Assembly: GCA_963727805.1 (NCBI GenBank)
Contig: CAVSHF010000003.1
Coordinates: 992,001-1,056,000 of the forward strand
Direction of reading: 5' to 3'
From: an uncultured Nitrospiraceae bacterium
GTDB lineage: Bacteria; Nitrospirota; Thermodesulfovibrionia; Thermodesulfovibrionales; Dissulfurispiraceae
Length of the DNA stretch: 64,000 bases
Below, piece by piece: positions 30,261-40,703 of this stretch. The notes below the pieces were generated by a model. The model saw nothing but the letters and a program-made list of their open reading frames with translations. It was not told the DNA's origin and did not search any database. Positions within the stretch are counted from its first letter, which is position 1, and every line of letters begins with the position of its first letter. Made by a program: the position numbers and the translations under genes.

Positions 30261-31202
30261 TCATGAAAAAAGGGAACTCACTGAGCTTTCGTCGTGGATC
30301 CTCTTTATGGCTTCCCCTAGAAGTTTCGATATCGATAAGACCTCCAGCTTGCTGCAAATCGCCATCTTTTCCCTAAGTGGAATAGTATCGGTGGCTATTA
30401 CCTTTTCGAGTGGCGAGGCATTGATTCTCTCGATAGCTGGCCCCGAAAGCACTGCATGCGTGCATGCTGCCATAACCCTCCGTGCACCGCCGTCGATCAA
30501 GGCCTGCGCTGCCTGAGTCGTCGTCCCCGCAGTATCGATCATATCATCAAGAATAATGGCATCCTTGCCTCTGACATCTCCAATAACATGCATGACTTTG
30601 GAAACATTGGCGACTTCCCGACGTTTATCGATTATGGCAAGAGAGGCGTTGAGCCTTCGGGCAAAGGATCTCGCCCTTTCAACCCCGCCCGCATCGGGAG
30701 AGACGATCACCAGTTCGTTGAATTCACATTTCTTTAAAAAATCGTACAAAACCGGCGCCGCGTAAAGATGATCAACCGGTATGTTGAAAAAACCCTGAAT
30801 CTGTCCTGCATGCAGGTCTATCGTCAATACCCGGTTCGTCCCGGCAGCCGTCAGTAAATCGGCAACTAGTTTGGACGATATAGGAACACGAGGTTGGACC
30901 TTCCGGTCCTGTCTCCCATAACCGTAATATGGAATGACCGCCGTTATTCTACTTGCCGACGCCCTTTTGAGCGCGTCGATTACGAGAAGCAACTCCATGA
31001 TATTATTACTTACCGGCGTGCACGTAGGCTGAATTACGAAAATGTCAGAGCCCCTCACATTTTCATTGATCTGAACCATAAGTTCGCCGTCACTGAAAGT
31101 TGTCACTGTAGTATCGGTCAAAGGGATGCCGATATACTCGCTGACTCTTCTTGCAAGCTCCCTGTTTGCGTTGCCAGTAAGAATTTGAATACCGTTAGGC
31201 AT
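30261..31202 (-). CDS. prs: Ribose-phosphate pyrophosphokinase
   Basis: [33 protein letters not shown] and DDMIDTAGT motifs; start at ATG 31202. Confidence 0.97.
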   Translation of the reverse strand: MPNGIQILTGNANRELARRVSEYIGIPLTDTTVTTFSDGELMVQINENVRGSDIFVIQPTCTPVSNNIMELLLVIDALKRASASRITAVIPYYGYGRQDRKVQPRVPISSKLVADLLTAAGTNRVLTIDLHAGQIQGFFNIPVDHLYAAPVLYDFLKKCEFNELVIVSPDAGGVERARSFARRLNASLAIIDKRREVANVSKVMHVIGDVRGKDAIILDDMIDTAGTTTQAAQALIDGGARRVMAACTHAVLSGPAIERINASPLEKVIATDTIPLREKMAICSKLEVLSISKLLGEAIKRIHDESSVSSLFS

Positions 31203-31257
31203 TTTACTTCCCTCCAAAATTTTTTAAGTCTCAAAAGCTTGCTAAAACCGATTATAA

Positions 31258-31329
31258 CTGGGGCGCCAGGATTCGAACCTGGGAGTGGCAGATCCAAAAT
31301 CTGCTGGCTTACCGCTTGCCGACGCCCCA
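31258..31329 (-). tRNA. tRNA-Gln(TTG)
   Basis: TGGGGCGTCGGCAAGCGGTAAGCCAGCAGATTTTGGATCTGCCACTCCCAGGTTCGAATCCTGGCGCCCCAG; classic ispE-tRNAGln-prs position; CCA not encoded. Confidence 0.95.
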
Positions 31330-31425
31330 TTTAGGACACAGAGGATAGGAATCAGGGATCATGCTATCTCTAGATTCACTATTTTTCACTCTTTCATCCT
31401 GTATTCTAACCTTTTAAAACAACGA

Positions 31426-32292
31426 TTACCGTGTATTCACCACCCTGCGCCAGTATGGGGAAAAAAGTTGAGACGCCTTATGGGCGCTCTCCCTATCCTC
31501 AAATAGGCCGAATACTGCTGAACCACTTCCGCTCAGGAGTGCGACTGAAGCCCCTGCCGCCAAAAGCCTCTCCTTAATTTCACCAATAACAGGATGCTTC
31601 TCCATCGCAACCTTTTCAAAGTCATTGTGCAGAAGAGACCGAAGGAGCGAAAGAGGCCCATTATTCAACACTTCAACAATTAGCTTGATATTATTAAGCT
31701 TTTCCTCAGTATTTGTCAAATCTGAGATGGTGCTTTTAGTGCCTCTCGAGTCCGCCATTGCCTTATACGCCCAAGCTGTCGGAATTGAGGCTTCGGGTTT
31801 GATGAGCAGCAGCGTTCGAGAACTGGAAATATGTTCGGGACACAGCATTTCGCCTCGACCCTGAGCCAGCGCAGCTGGACTATCGAAAAAAAACGCCACG
31901 TCGGATCCAAGCGTGACTCCAATCCGCTTGAGCACATTAGTTTCCAATTTCAATCCCCATAATCTGTTCAAACCGATTAGCGCATAGGCGGCATCACTGC
32001 TGCCCCCTCCCAAGCCAGCACCTGAGGGGATCTCCTTTGTCAAATATATCCGCGCCCCCTGGGTTGTTCCAGCAACCTCTCTAAGGGCGAGGGCAGCTTT
32101 GAAGATGAGGTTCTGCTCAGCTGGGATTTTCATATCCGAATAAAGCTCGATAGCTGAAGACGGCTCAAGGGTGATAGTGTCATGAAGATCGATGCACTGC
32201 ATAAGTGAAATGATGTTATGATATCCGTCGTCTCTCTTGTCAAGGACATATAACGACCAATTTATCTTGGCGGGCGGGGTCAGAGTGATCAT
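31426..32292 (-). CDS. ispE: 4-diphosphocytidyl-2-C-methyl-D-erythritol kinase
   Basis: PAKIN, DDGYH, KEIPSGAGLGGGSSDAA and LSGSGS motifs. Confidence 0.96.
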   Translation of the reverse strand: MITLTPPAKINWSLYVLDKRDDGYHNIISLMQCIDLHDTITLEPSSAIELYSDMKIPAEQNLIFKAALALREVAGTTQGARIYLTKEIPSGAGLGGGSSDAAYALIGLNRLWGLKLETNVLKRIGVTLGSDVAFFFDSPAALAQGRGEMLCPEHISSSRTLLLIKPEASIPTAWAYKAMADSRGTKSTISDLTNTEEKLNNIKLIVEVLNNGPLSLLRSLLHNDFEKVAMEKHPVIGEIKERLLAAGASVALLSGSGSAVFGLFEDRESAHKASQLFSPYWRRVVNTR

Positions 32293-32328
32293 AACGACAT
32301 TTCGCAGATCATTCAGGTAAAGAATGCG

Positions 32329-34062
32329 TCATTTAATATTGTGTTTTGCTTTGAGCTTTAAAATCTTCTCTTCAACCCTCTCCTTGACTCCCTCTTCCTT
32401 CTCATGGAACTTTAAGGCATTGTTCCATGCATCGAGCGCTTCGTTGGGATTTCCCATCGCCTCATAAACATCGCCAAGATGCTCATAGAGAACAGGATCG
32501 TCATTGACCGATCCGAGGGCTTTCCTGAGATACTTGAGTGCTTCCTTTTGTTTGCCGAGCTTGAAATAAACCCAACCGAGGCTGTCGATAATATAGCCGC
32601 TGTCAGGTTTGAGATCGAGCGCTTTCTGAATAAGGGACAGTGCCTCCTGCAAATGAATCCCCTTGTCCGCGTAACTGAATCCAAGATAATTCAGGGCATC
32701 TGCATGCTTCGGGTTGATCTCAATCACCTTTTTCAGAGAGGCAACCATATCATCAAAATGGCCAGTCTTCTCGTCCAGGACTGCCGCAGTGAAATAGAGC
32801 TCATCATTGTCTTTGAAGAGATCGAGTCCCCTTTTTAAAACCTCTTCGGCCTTCTTGTAATCCTTCGCCTGAATATAAATGTTACCAAGCTGGCTGAAAA
32901 TCTCAGGTTTCGTCTGATCGAAGGTAAGTAGTTCCTCGTAGACCTTCGCAGCATCAGAAAGATGGTTCAGCTTCGTGTAGATAAACGCCAGCGTCAGGAA
33001 GGCATTTAAGTTCTTTGGATCCAGGACAAGTATCTTCTTAAGTTCAACGATTGCCTCATCATAGCGTTTCAGTTCATCAAGGGCAAGGGACAGATAATAG
33101 TGAGCAGCAATATCATCAGGCTTGGCAGTCGTGACAAGCCTAAACTCAGAAACAGCCCTGTCATACTCATGTTCCTGAAGATAGAGCATTCCAAGCTTGG
33201 CATGAATGTCTACATTGGGGATATTTCTGGCGATCTCTTCAAGTTCCTTGACCGCCTTGTCGTATGACTTCCCTGAAATATACAACTGGGCGAGTCGCTC
33301 CCTAATAAAGACATCCTGGGGATTCAACTCCAAAGCCTTCCGATAATACTCCTCCGCTACCTTTAGATTGCCCTTTATCTCATTCACCAGCCCGAGGTTT
33401 AGATATGCCGCCTCAAAAGATGGGTTGATCTCGATAATTTTTTTAAACTGCTCCTCGGCAGCCTCATATTTCTTTTTTTCTACATAGATCGTACCAAGAT
33501 AATAGATAGCCATGAGATTATCAGGAGCCTTATCAAGGACTTGCTGGAAGAATTTCTGGCCCTTCTCGAAATCATGCTTCGAAGCATAGAGAACCCCGAG
33601 GAAGAGAAGTGTCTCGGTCTTTTCCGGTTCAATCTTCAAGGCCCTTTCATACATGGCGATGGCATCATCAACTCTCTTCTGCGAATTGTAGAGTTCTCCA
33701 AGGTACATCATTGCGGGAACATAATCAGGACTTTCTTTAAGAACTTCCTCCAGCCTTACAATCGCTTCCGTTATTCTGTCCAATTTCACCAGCATGCGTC
33801 CGGTCTGGGTCTTGAGGTAAGCCGATGACGGGTCGAATTTGAGCGCATTCGCGTAATTGTTCAGCGCTTCTTCCCACTTACCGTTGATCTCATTTTCGTA
33901 TCCAAGCAGGTATTCAATATCTGCCTTCTGCTGGACAGGGATTGGAAGATTTTCAGTCGTGCCACCCGAGGTTTGTATTTTTTCGGCTGCACTGCATGAA
34001 ACGGAGACAAAAACAGTCACAAAAAAAAGTAGAAATAAAGAAAGAGCTAATTTTACCGCCAT
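32329..34062 (-). CDS. Exported tetratricopeptide repeat protein
   Basis: Signal peptide, many TPR units, ALNYLGF and IIDSLGWVYF; usual position upstream of ispE. Confidence 0.9.
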   Translation of the reverse strand: MAVKLALSLFLLFFVTVFVSVSCSAAEKIQTSGGTTENLPIPVQQKADIEYLLGYENEINGKWEEALNNYANALKFDPSSAYLKTQTGRMLVKLDRITEAIVRLEEVLKESPDYVPAMMYLGELYNSQKRVDDAIAMYERALKIEPEKTETLLFLGVLYASKHDFEKGQKFFQQVLDKAPDNLMAIYYLGTIYVEKKKYEAAEEQFKKIIEINPSFEAAYLNLGLVNEIKGNLKVAEEYYRKALELNPQDVFIRERLAQLYISGKSYDKAVKELEEIARNIPNVDIHAKLGMLYLQEHEYDRAVSEFRLVTTAKPDDIAAHYYLSLALDELKRYDEAIVELKKILVLDPKNLNAFLTLAFIYTKLNHLSDAAKVYEELLTFDQTKPEIFSQLGNIYIQAKDYKKAEEVLKRGLDLFKDNDELYFTAAVLDEKTGHFDDMVASLKKVIEINPKHADALNYLGFSYADKGIHLQEALSLIQKALDLKPDSGYIIDSLGWVYFKLGKQKEALKYLRKALGSVNDDPVLYEHLGDVYEAMGNPNEALDAWNNALKFHEKEEGVKERVEEKILKLKAKHNIK

Positions 34063-34096
34063 AATAATATCACCCCGGGGTCTGATTCAGAATCCT

Positions 34097-34125
34097 AAAA
34101 TAAATGGGGTCCCATCGGACCCCAT
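34097..34125 (-). terminator. Intrinsic terminator closing the glgP-rSAM-peptide unit
   Basis: ATGGGGTCC-GATG-GGACCCCAT-TTATTTT on the minus strand. Confidence 0.8.
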
Positions 34126-34153
34126 GTGACTTGACTGCGATAGTCTTAAATGC

Positions 34154-34216
34154 TCAGCAAGAACCTTTACACTTGCAGGTCAGTGACACTTTTTTAGAAA
34201 CTTTTTTGATGATCAT
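34154..34216 (-). CDS. 20-aa Cys-rich peptide MIIKKVSKKVSLTCKCKGSC, candidate rSAM-modified RiPP precursor
   Basis: Translated by hand; AAGGGGG RBS 7 nt before the ATG; 45 nt downstream of the rSAM/SPASM stop and just before a terminator. Confidence 0.72.
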   Translation of the reverse strand: MIIKKVSKKVSLTCKCKGSC

Positions 34217-34261
34217 CGGGTTTCCCCCTTCTTAGGGTATTGACAGGCTTCATGCCCGTTT

Positions 34262-35440
34262 TTATTTAATTATACCATAATGAAAGCATTTGTAAAGGTC
34301 ACGCTCTATGCCTGCAACCATGTCAATTCCCTCCTTATCTTTACCCGAAATCATGGAGGCGCGATAACGACATCCCCCTCTGCAATCATCAATCACCCCG
34401 CACAATAATCGGGCGCACTCAAGGTCCTGCAGGTTCACCGGCGTAATTCGCTTCCAGGCATCACTTAGCCCTTTGCCGATGGTTCCAGCAGGTCTGTGGG
34501 AATAAAATGCACATTTACAGATTTCCCCCGCAGCGAGCACCGCTGCAAGGTGAAGACCGCACCCAAAACCCTCGCCGCCGCCATGCAATCCCCCGCCGAA
34601 TCCATAATCGAGAAACTTGCCGCCGATCGCGGGAGTCACCTGAAGCATGTCATTATCTTTAAATCTCCCTTCCGGGCAGGGCACATCTACAGTCCAATCA
34701 CGGATGCCAAGCCCTTGAAAAAGATGTTCCATCTCATCGAACTCGGTCTGATTCTCACGGTGTACCATGGTCGCAACCGAAACCGGCATTCCAAAACCAA
34801 GAGCCATCTCAACAGTCTTGATTACCTTCCGAAAAGTTCCTTTTCCCCTGAGTGTATCGTGACCGTGCTCCATTCCGTCGATACTTAACTGTATCTCGTC
34901 AACATGCAGTTTACTTAAAAGGTTTTGATCAAGCAGAAGACCGTTGGTAAACAATATTTTTCTGTACGCATATTCAGGCAAGAGAGCATTGACCTCCTCA
35001 AAATGGCTGTGCATCAGCGGTTCGCCGCCAGTAATCAATAGGCGGAGTCCTTGCATGTTTTCGAACTCATCAAGCACGGATTTCAATTGCGGAATTGTCA
35101 GTTCCCTATTTCGTGGAACTCCAATGTAACAATGCCGGCACCTCAGATTGCACTTGTCGGTAATTTGAAGTTCGAGATAACGCAATGAGGGCGCTGGAGA
35201 CAAGTTAACAGGTGGCCGTTTTATAGCAACAGGATTTGTGGTTAATATCCCTTCAGAGAGGCAATACTCGATAAATTCAGTCTCAGCTTCATTTGGATCG
35301 CCCCCTTCCAGAGTCGTGCACTCCCTCAGATAGCAGAAAGCCCCGTCATCAAGCTCATACAGTTCGTCTTTCTTTATGTCATAGAGAGACGGGATTTCGA
35401 GCCATTTCAGGACGAACCCTTCGGAAAGACGATATCTCAC
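34262..35440 (-). CDS. Radical SAM/SPASM protein with probable N-terminal RRE (PqqD-like) domain
   Basis: CNLRCRHC, ITGGEP; SPASM-type C..GEICKC..C..C..CRGGC..C; about 70-aa N-terminal extension ending EFIEYCLSEGIL. Confidence 0.88.
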   Translation of the reverse strand: MRYRLSEGFVLKWLEIPSLYDIKKDELYELDDGAFCYLRECTTLEGGDPNEAETEFIEYCLSEGILTTNPVAIKRPPVNLSPAPSLRYLELQITDKCNLRCRHCYIGVPRNRELTIPQLKSVLDEFENMQGLRLLITGGEPLMHSHFEEVNALLPEYAYRKILFTNGLLLDQNLLSKLHVDEIQLSIDGMEHGHDTLRGKGTFRKVIKTVEMALGFGMPVSVATMVHRENQTEFDEMEHLFQGLGIRDWTVDVPCPEGRFKDNDMLQVTPAIGGKFLDYGFGGGLHGGGEGFGCGLHLAAVLAAGEICKCAFYSHRPAGTIGKGLSDAWKRITPVNLQDLECARLLCGVIDDCRGGCRYRASMISGKDKEGIDMVAGIERDLYKCFHYGIIK

Positions 35441-35443
35441 AAA

Positions 35444-37879
35444 TTAAGGAGGCGTGATCTGGGAAATGTGCCAGATATTATCAGCGTATTCATTGATCGC
35501 CCGGTCGCTTGAGAATTTCCCCGAACGCGCCATATTAAGAATAGCCATTTTCGTCCAACGCTCTTTGTCCCCGTAAGCTAGCGCCACATCATCCTGGCAA
35601 TGAATATAGGATTCAAAATCAGCGAGGACAAAAAACCGGTCTCCGTCGAGGAGCGTCCTGACTATTGGATGGAAAAGGGCCGTATCATCGGGAGAAAAAT
35701 ATCCTTCCAGAAGCTGGTTGATTATTCGATGCAACACTGGATTTTTCTCATAGTAATGATGGGGATTATATCCATGCCTCATCTCCATGATTTCTCCGGC
35801 GGTCAGCCCAAAAAGGAAAAAATTATCCTCTCCCACCTCTTCGCGTATTTCCACATTCGCTCCGTCAAGAGTCCCGATCGTCAGGGCACCGTTCAATGCG
35901 AACTTCATGTTCCCTGTGCCGGAGGCCTCAAAGCCAGCCGTCGAGATTTGTTCCGAAAGCTCGGCGGCCGGCATGATTCTCTGGGCAAGAGTCACGCCGT
36001 AATTCGGGACAAAAACCACTTTAAGCAGCGAACGTGTCCTGGGATCTCTTTCGATTGCCTCGCTTACATTGTGAATCAGCTTTATGATCAGTTTGCACAA
36101 ATAATAGCCCGGCGCTGATTTTCCCGCAAAGAGGACTGTCCGCGGAGTGAACAGCCCATCGTCTTTTCCATCCCGGAGACGATTATACAGAGTAATGATG
36201 TGGAAGATATTGAGGAGCTGACGCTTGTATTCGTGAAACCTCTTGACCTGACAGTCCAGCAGAAAGTCTGGCGGGATCGAGAGTCCCGATGTCTTTTCGA
36301 GATGTCCCGAGAGCGAGGTTTTGTTCGCCTCTTTTACCTTGCGAAAACGGCTCCGGAATTCTGAATCGTCGGCGAAAGGTTCGATTCGTTTCAGTTCATC
36401 GAGGTCTTTCATCCACTTTTCGCCGATAACTTCGGTTATCAGGCATGAAAGCCGCCTATTGCCTTCTATGAGCCACCGACGGGGCGTGATGCCGTTAGTC
36501 ACGTTCCTGAACTTGCCGGGGTACATGGTATGAAAGTCGGGGAAAACGTTTTCTTTCAATATCTCTGTGTGGAGCCACGACACTCCGTTTACCGCATGGC
36601 TTCCTACAATAGCAAGGCGCGCCATATTGACCCATCGTTCGCCGTCTCCGGTTATAACAGACATTTTCATCCTTCGGTCAGGCTCATCCTTAAAATTCTC
36701 ACCAACCTGAATGAGAAATCTTCTGTCAATCTCACGTATTATCTGCATATGCCGGGGGAGCAGGTGCCCCATCAGTCCTTCTGACCAGGTCTCGAGCGCC
36801 TCGGGTAGGATCGTATGGTTCGTATAGGCAAAGCTCTTCGTAGTTATGTTCCATGCATCATCCCATTCGAGATCGTCTTCATCGACCAGAATACGCATTA
36901 GTTCAGGAATAGCGATGGAAGGATGTGTGTCATTAAGCTGGATTGCCACCTTGTCAGGGAACTCATCATATTTTTGATGAAATTTCCTATAACGCCGTAT
37001 GATGTCCCTGAGCGTGGCACTCACAAAGAAAAATTGCTGTTTCAGCCTCAATTCCTTACCGGCGACCGACTGGTCATCGGGGTACAACACCTTTGAAATG
37101 TTCTCGCTTACCGTCTTATCCTCAACTGCCTTCACGTAATCTCCGCTGTTGAAGTATTCGAGATTGAACTCCCTCGATGATTTCGCCGCCCATAGCCTGA
37201 GAGTATTCACAGTATCGTTCTTAAAGCCGGGCACCGGATAGTCATATGCCATGGCCATGACATCCTCGGTGTCAACCCATTGCATGCGCAACCTTGCGTC
37301 ACTGCCGATGAGAGTCTTGACATTACCATAAAACTTTACAGGAGAGAGCACTTCGGGGCGCGGGATTTCCCATGGATTGCCATACCTGAGCCAGCTATCT
37401 GGTGCTTCGATCTGGTAACCGTTCTTTATGCGCTGAGAAAATATCCCGTATTCGTAGCGGATGCCATAACCATATCCAGGGTAACCAAGAGTTGCCATCG
37501 AATCAAGGAAGCAGGCGGCAAGCCTTCCCAGTCCGCCGTTGCCGAGACCAGCATCCTCTTCAAGATCGGCAAGTTCATCATAAGTCATCCCGAGGACATT
37601 CGCCGCATAACGGTAATCATCGACAAGACCGAGGTTAGTGATGTTGCTTTCAAGCAGCTTGCCCATCATGAATTCAAGGGACAAATAATAAACCCTCTTG
37701 GCATTACAGTTATAATAATGTTGCTGGGTGTTGATCCAGCGCTCGATGAGAAGATCCCTGACAGAAAGAGAAAAACTGATGAATTTGTCCCTCTCAGTGG
37801 CCGAATAACGGTCCTTGGCGATCGAATAGATTAGATGATCGACGATAGCTTTATGAAAAAACTGGAACGAATCACTCAT
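35444..37879 (-). CDS. glgP: Glycogen/alpha-glucan phosphorylase
   Basis: GLGNGGLGRLAAC, QLNDTHP, KRFHEYKRQ and EASGTGNMKF motifs. Confidence 0.97.
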   Translation of the reverse strand: MSDSFQFFHKAIVDHLIYSIAKDRYSATERDKFISFSLSVRDLLIERWINTQQHYYNCNAKRVYYLSLEFMMGKLLESNITNLGLVDDYRYAANVLGMTYDELADLEEDAGLGNGGLGRLAACFLDSMATLGYPGYGYGIRYEYGIFSQRIKNGYQIEAPDSWLRYGNPWEIPRPEVLSPVKFYGNVKTLIGSDARLRMQWVDTEDVMAMAYDYPVPGFKNDTVNTLRLWAAKSSREFNLEYFNSGDYVKAVEDKTVSENISKVLYPDDQSVAGKELRLKQQFFFVSATLRDIIRRYRKFHQKYDEFPDKVAIQLNDTHPSIAIPELMRILVDEDDLEWDDAWNITTKSFAYTNHTILPEALETWSEGLMGHLLPRHMQIIREIDRRFLIQVGENFKDEPDRRMKMSVITGDGERWVNMARLAIVGSHAVNGVSWLHTEILKENVFPDFHTMYPGKFRNVTNGITPRRWLIEGNRRLSCLITEVIGEKWMKDLDELKRIEPFADDSEFRSRFRKVKEANKTSLSGHLEKTSGLSIPPDFLLDCQVKRFHEYKRQLLNIFHIITLYNRLRDGKDDGLFTPRTVLFAGKSAPGYYLCKLIIKLIHNVSEAIERDPRTRSLLKVVFVPNYGVTLAQRIMPAAELSEQISTAGFEASGTGNMKFALNGALTIGTLDGANVEIREEVGEDNFFLFGLTAGEIMEMRHGYNPHHYYEKNPVLHRIINQLLEGYFSPDDTALFHPIVRTLLDGDRFFVLADFESYIHCQDDVALAYGDKERWTKMAILNMARSGKFSSDRAINEYADNIWHISQITPP

Positions 37880-37951
37880 GTTCCCCCCATTTAGGTTTAA
37901 TATACCACAGTTTATTGTCTGAAAGACAAAGAATCTGATAAACTTTTCGTC

Positions 37952-39448
37952 ATGACCGAACTACATATGCCGGCTTTCCCTGACGATCATGAGAAAGAAG
38001 TCTATCAGGTGATCATCAGCAGGCTTGAAGGTGCGCAGATCTCCGATGCCAAATACCGGCAGAGGCAATTTGAACTGATTGAAAAGGGAATAGGCGGGTT
38101 CATTCTCTTTGGCGGCGTCAGGGAGGAAATAAAAAAATTTCTAGCCGAGTTGCAGTCTCTCTCTCGCATCCCGCTTTTCATCGCTGCAGACATTGAACGC
38201 GGTGTAGGGCAGCAGGTTCAGGGAATGACTTCCTTCCCTTCCCACATGGCCTTTGCCGCGGCTATCGACCGGATAAAACAACAAGATCTCACTCTGCTTC
38301 ATCAGACAATCGAAGCAACAGCTGCCGAGGCAAGAGACATCGGTATCAATATGCCGCTCATCCCGGTCCTTGACGTAAACAGGAATCCTGATAATCCGAT
38401 CATATGCACGCGCGCCTTCTCGGATGATCCTGAACTAACAGCATGGTTCGGTTTCAACTATATCAGAATACTCGAAGGTAAAGGTCTTATTAGCTGCGCT
38501 AAACACTTTCCCGGGCATGGCGATACATCAACCGACTCCCATATTGCGCTGCCAGTGATTCGCAATAATAGAGACGATCTCATCAGTGTGGATTTATTCC
38601 CCTTTCGCATGGCCATTAAAGAAAAAGTAAGCAGTATTATGATCGGACACTTAAGTGTGCCTGCTCTCGATTCAAGACCTTCTAGCCTTTCACATAAAAT
38701 CATAACAGGCCTGTTAAAAGATGAGCTGGGTTTTACAGGTCTGGTGCTTACCGATGCCCTGAATATGCATGCCCTCAGGGAGTTCGGCGATGTTGGCCTG
38801 GAGTGCCTAAAGGCCGGTGCCGATATCCTCCTGCATCCTGACAATCCTAATGCGATGGCTGTAGAGTTGCTGTTAGCGCTCAAAGAAAAAAAGCTTGATC
38901 CCGGAATTCTTGACGCTATCGTCAAAAAGATCATCGATGCGAAGGCGGTCCTTAATCATGGCGCCGCTCCAGCGATCGATTTTGAGCGGCATGCGGTCCT
39001 GTCGAAAATGATCTCCCAAAAAGCAATCACATTGATCAAAAGTGCTCAAGGGCTTTTGCCTTTGTACGATTCCAGCGGAGTTCGTATTGTTTTTTCGGGA
39101 GAGAGTAAACATTTCGAGATCACTCCGCTAAAGGACTTCTTCTCTCCTTCTGGCGATTCGAATATCTTGCTGATTGCAATCTTTACGAGTGTTGCTGCCT
39201 GGAAGGGATCATCGGGGATCAGCAATGAGGAGAGGCTGAAATTAACTGGCCTTCTCAGAAGGGCGCGGAGGTCCATCGTCGTCTCCTTCGGAAGCCCTTA
39301 TGTGTTACGATATTTTAAGGATGCCGATGTCCTGATTGCAGCTTACGACCCGACAATACAAGCACAGCATGCAGTTCTGAATTGTTTGCGCGGAGCAAGT
39401 ACTTTTACTGGAAAGCTTCCCATCCATATACCCGAGGTGTCGACATAA
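37952..39448 (+). CDS. nagZ: GH3 beta-N-acetylhexosaminidase
   Basis: AADIERG, KHFPGHGDTSTDSH and TDALNM motifs. Confidence 0.88.
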   Translation: MTELHMPAFPDDHEKEVYQVIISRLEGAQISDAKYRQRQFELIEKGIGGFILFGGVREEIKKFLAELQSLSRIPLFIAADIERGVGQQVQGMTSFPSHMAFAAAIDRIKQQDLTLLHQTIEATAAEARDIGINMPLIPVLDVNRNPDNPIICTRAFSDDPELTAWFGFNYIRILEGKGLISCAKHFPGHGDTSTDSHIALPVIRNNRDDLISVDLFPFRMAIKEKVSSIMIGHLSVPALDSRPSSLSHKIITGLLKDELGFTGLVLTDALNMHALREFGDVGLECLKAGADILLHPDNPNAMAVELLLALKEKKLDPGILDAIVKKIIDAKAVLNHGAAPAIDFERHAVLSKMISQKAITLIKSAQGLLPLYDSSGVRIVFSGESKHFEITPLKDFFSPSGDSNILLIAIFTSVAAWKGSSGISNEERLKLTGLLRRARRSIVVSFGSPYVLRYFKDADVLIAAYDPTIQAQHAVLNCLRGASTFTGKLPIHIPEVST

Positions 39449-40695
39449 AGCTTGATCTTTCCCCATATGTCCAGGTCTTCAAGAACCGACGCATAGCCGT
39501 TGTCACCCTTCTCGGCTTCTCCTCAGGTCTCCCTTTTCAGTTGACTGGAGGCTCGCTGCAGGCGTGGATGGCGGTAGACGGCATAGACCTCCGCACTATC
39601 GGCATTTTTTCTCTCGTGGGCCTGCCCTATATCATAAAGTTTCTCTGGTCGCCGCTAATGGACAGGTTCGTTCCACCTTTCCTCGGCAGAAGACGAGGGT
39701 GGATGATCTTAACCCAGCTCTCCCTGGTCCTGGGCATATGCGCCATGGCCTTCAGCGCTCCATCCCAAGCCCCCGTCCTTTTAGCAGTGCTTGCCCTGGT
39801 GGTCGCCTTTTCTTCGGCCTCTCAGGACATTGTCATTGACGCATACCGCACCGACGTTCTTCATGAAAAAGAAAGGGGGGTCGGTGCAGCAGTCTCCGTC
39901 ATGGGTTACAGAATAGCCCTAATCGTATCGGGGGCATTTGCCCTAGTGCTTTCCGACCAGATCGGATGGCGAAACACATATCTCTTCATGGCCGGAGTAA
40001 TGGGCATAGGACTTATAGCGGCTGTGATTGCAGAGGAACCCGCCCTTTCCGTTGTCCCGCCGCGAAGCTTGAAAGAAGCGGTTTGGGGACCTCTCAAAGA
40101 CTACTTTACCAGATCGTCGGCAGTCTCGCTGCTTGTCCTGATCATGCTATACAAATTAGCCGATGCCTATTCCACTTCCTTGATAACAGCATTCCTCATA
40201 AAGGGGATAGGCTTTACAGCCACCGAGGTCGGCACCATCAATAAGGGGCTCGGAATGGCTTCGCTTATTTTCGGGGCCATTTTTGGCGGAACCCTGATGG
40301 TAAAGCTCGGCCTCTTCCGCTCGCTGCTCTACTTCGGCATCTTACAGACGGTTTCGAATCTTTCGTTCTCGGGTCTTGCACTGATAGGGAAAAGTTACGA
40401 GATGCTTATCTTTGCCGTAGCTTTCGAAAGCCTGACCAGCGGCATGGGCACAGCGGCCTTTGTGGCGCTTATAATGACGATCTGCAACCAGCGATTCAGC
40501 GCAACTCAGTATGCAATGCTTTCATCCCTTGCGGCATTAGGTCGAATACTCATTGCTCCGACTTCGGGGTATCTCGTCATGTCGGTCGGTTGGCCGGCCT
40601 TTTTCTTCATCGCAACCCTTTCAGGGATTCCCGGGCTGATCATACTCTGGAGACTCAAGGATACAATCCTGGCATTGAAGCACGAGGGGGATTAA
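39445..40695 (+). CDS. ampG: AmpG-family muropeptide MFS transporter
   Basis: LGFSSGLP, KFLWSPLMD, GRRRGW, SASQDIVIDAYR and SATQYA motifs. Start uncertain: ATA 39445 after GAGGTG, or TTG 39382. Confidence 0.92.
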   Translation: MKLDLSPYVQVFKNRRIAVVTLLGFSSGLPFQLTGGSLQAWMAVDGIDLRTIGIFSLVGLPYIIKFLWSPLMDRFVPPFLGRRRGWMILTQLSLVLGICAMAFSAPSQAPVLLAVLALVVAFSSASQDIVIDAYRTDVLHEKERGVGAAVSVMGYRIALIVSGAFALVLSDQIGWRNTYLFMAGVMGIGLIAAVIAEEPALSVVPPRSLKEAVWGPLKDYFTRSSAVSLLVLIMLYKLADAYSTSLITAFLIKGIGFTATEVGTINKGLGMASLIFGAIFGGTLMVKLGLFRSLLYFGILQTVSNLSFSGLALIGKSYEMLIFAVAFESLTSGMGTAAFVALIMTICNQRFSATQYAMLSSLAALGRILIAPTSGYLVMSVGWPAFFFIATLSGIPGLIILWRLKDTILALKHEGD

Positions 40696-40703
40696 CTGGA
40701 CGG

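Noticed and set aside
34154..34156. Selenocysteine readthrough of the peptide TGA
   Set aside because: The downstream hairpin starts about 28 nt away and has a U-tract like a terminator; no recognisable bacterial SECIS was seen. Not formally excluded.
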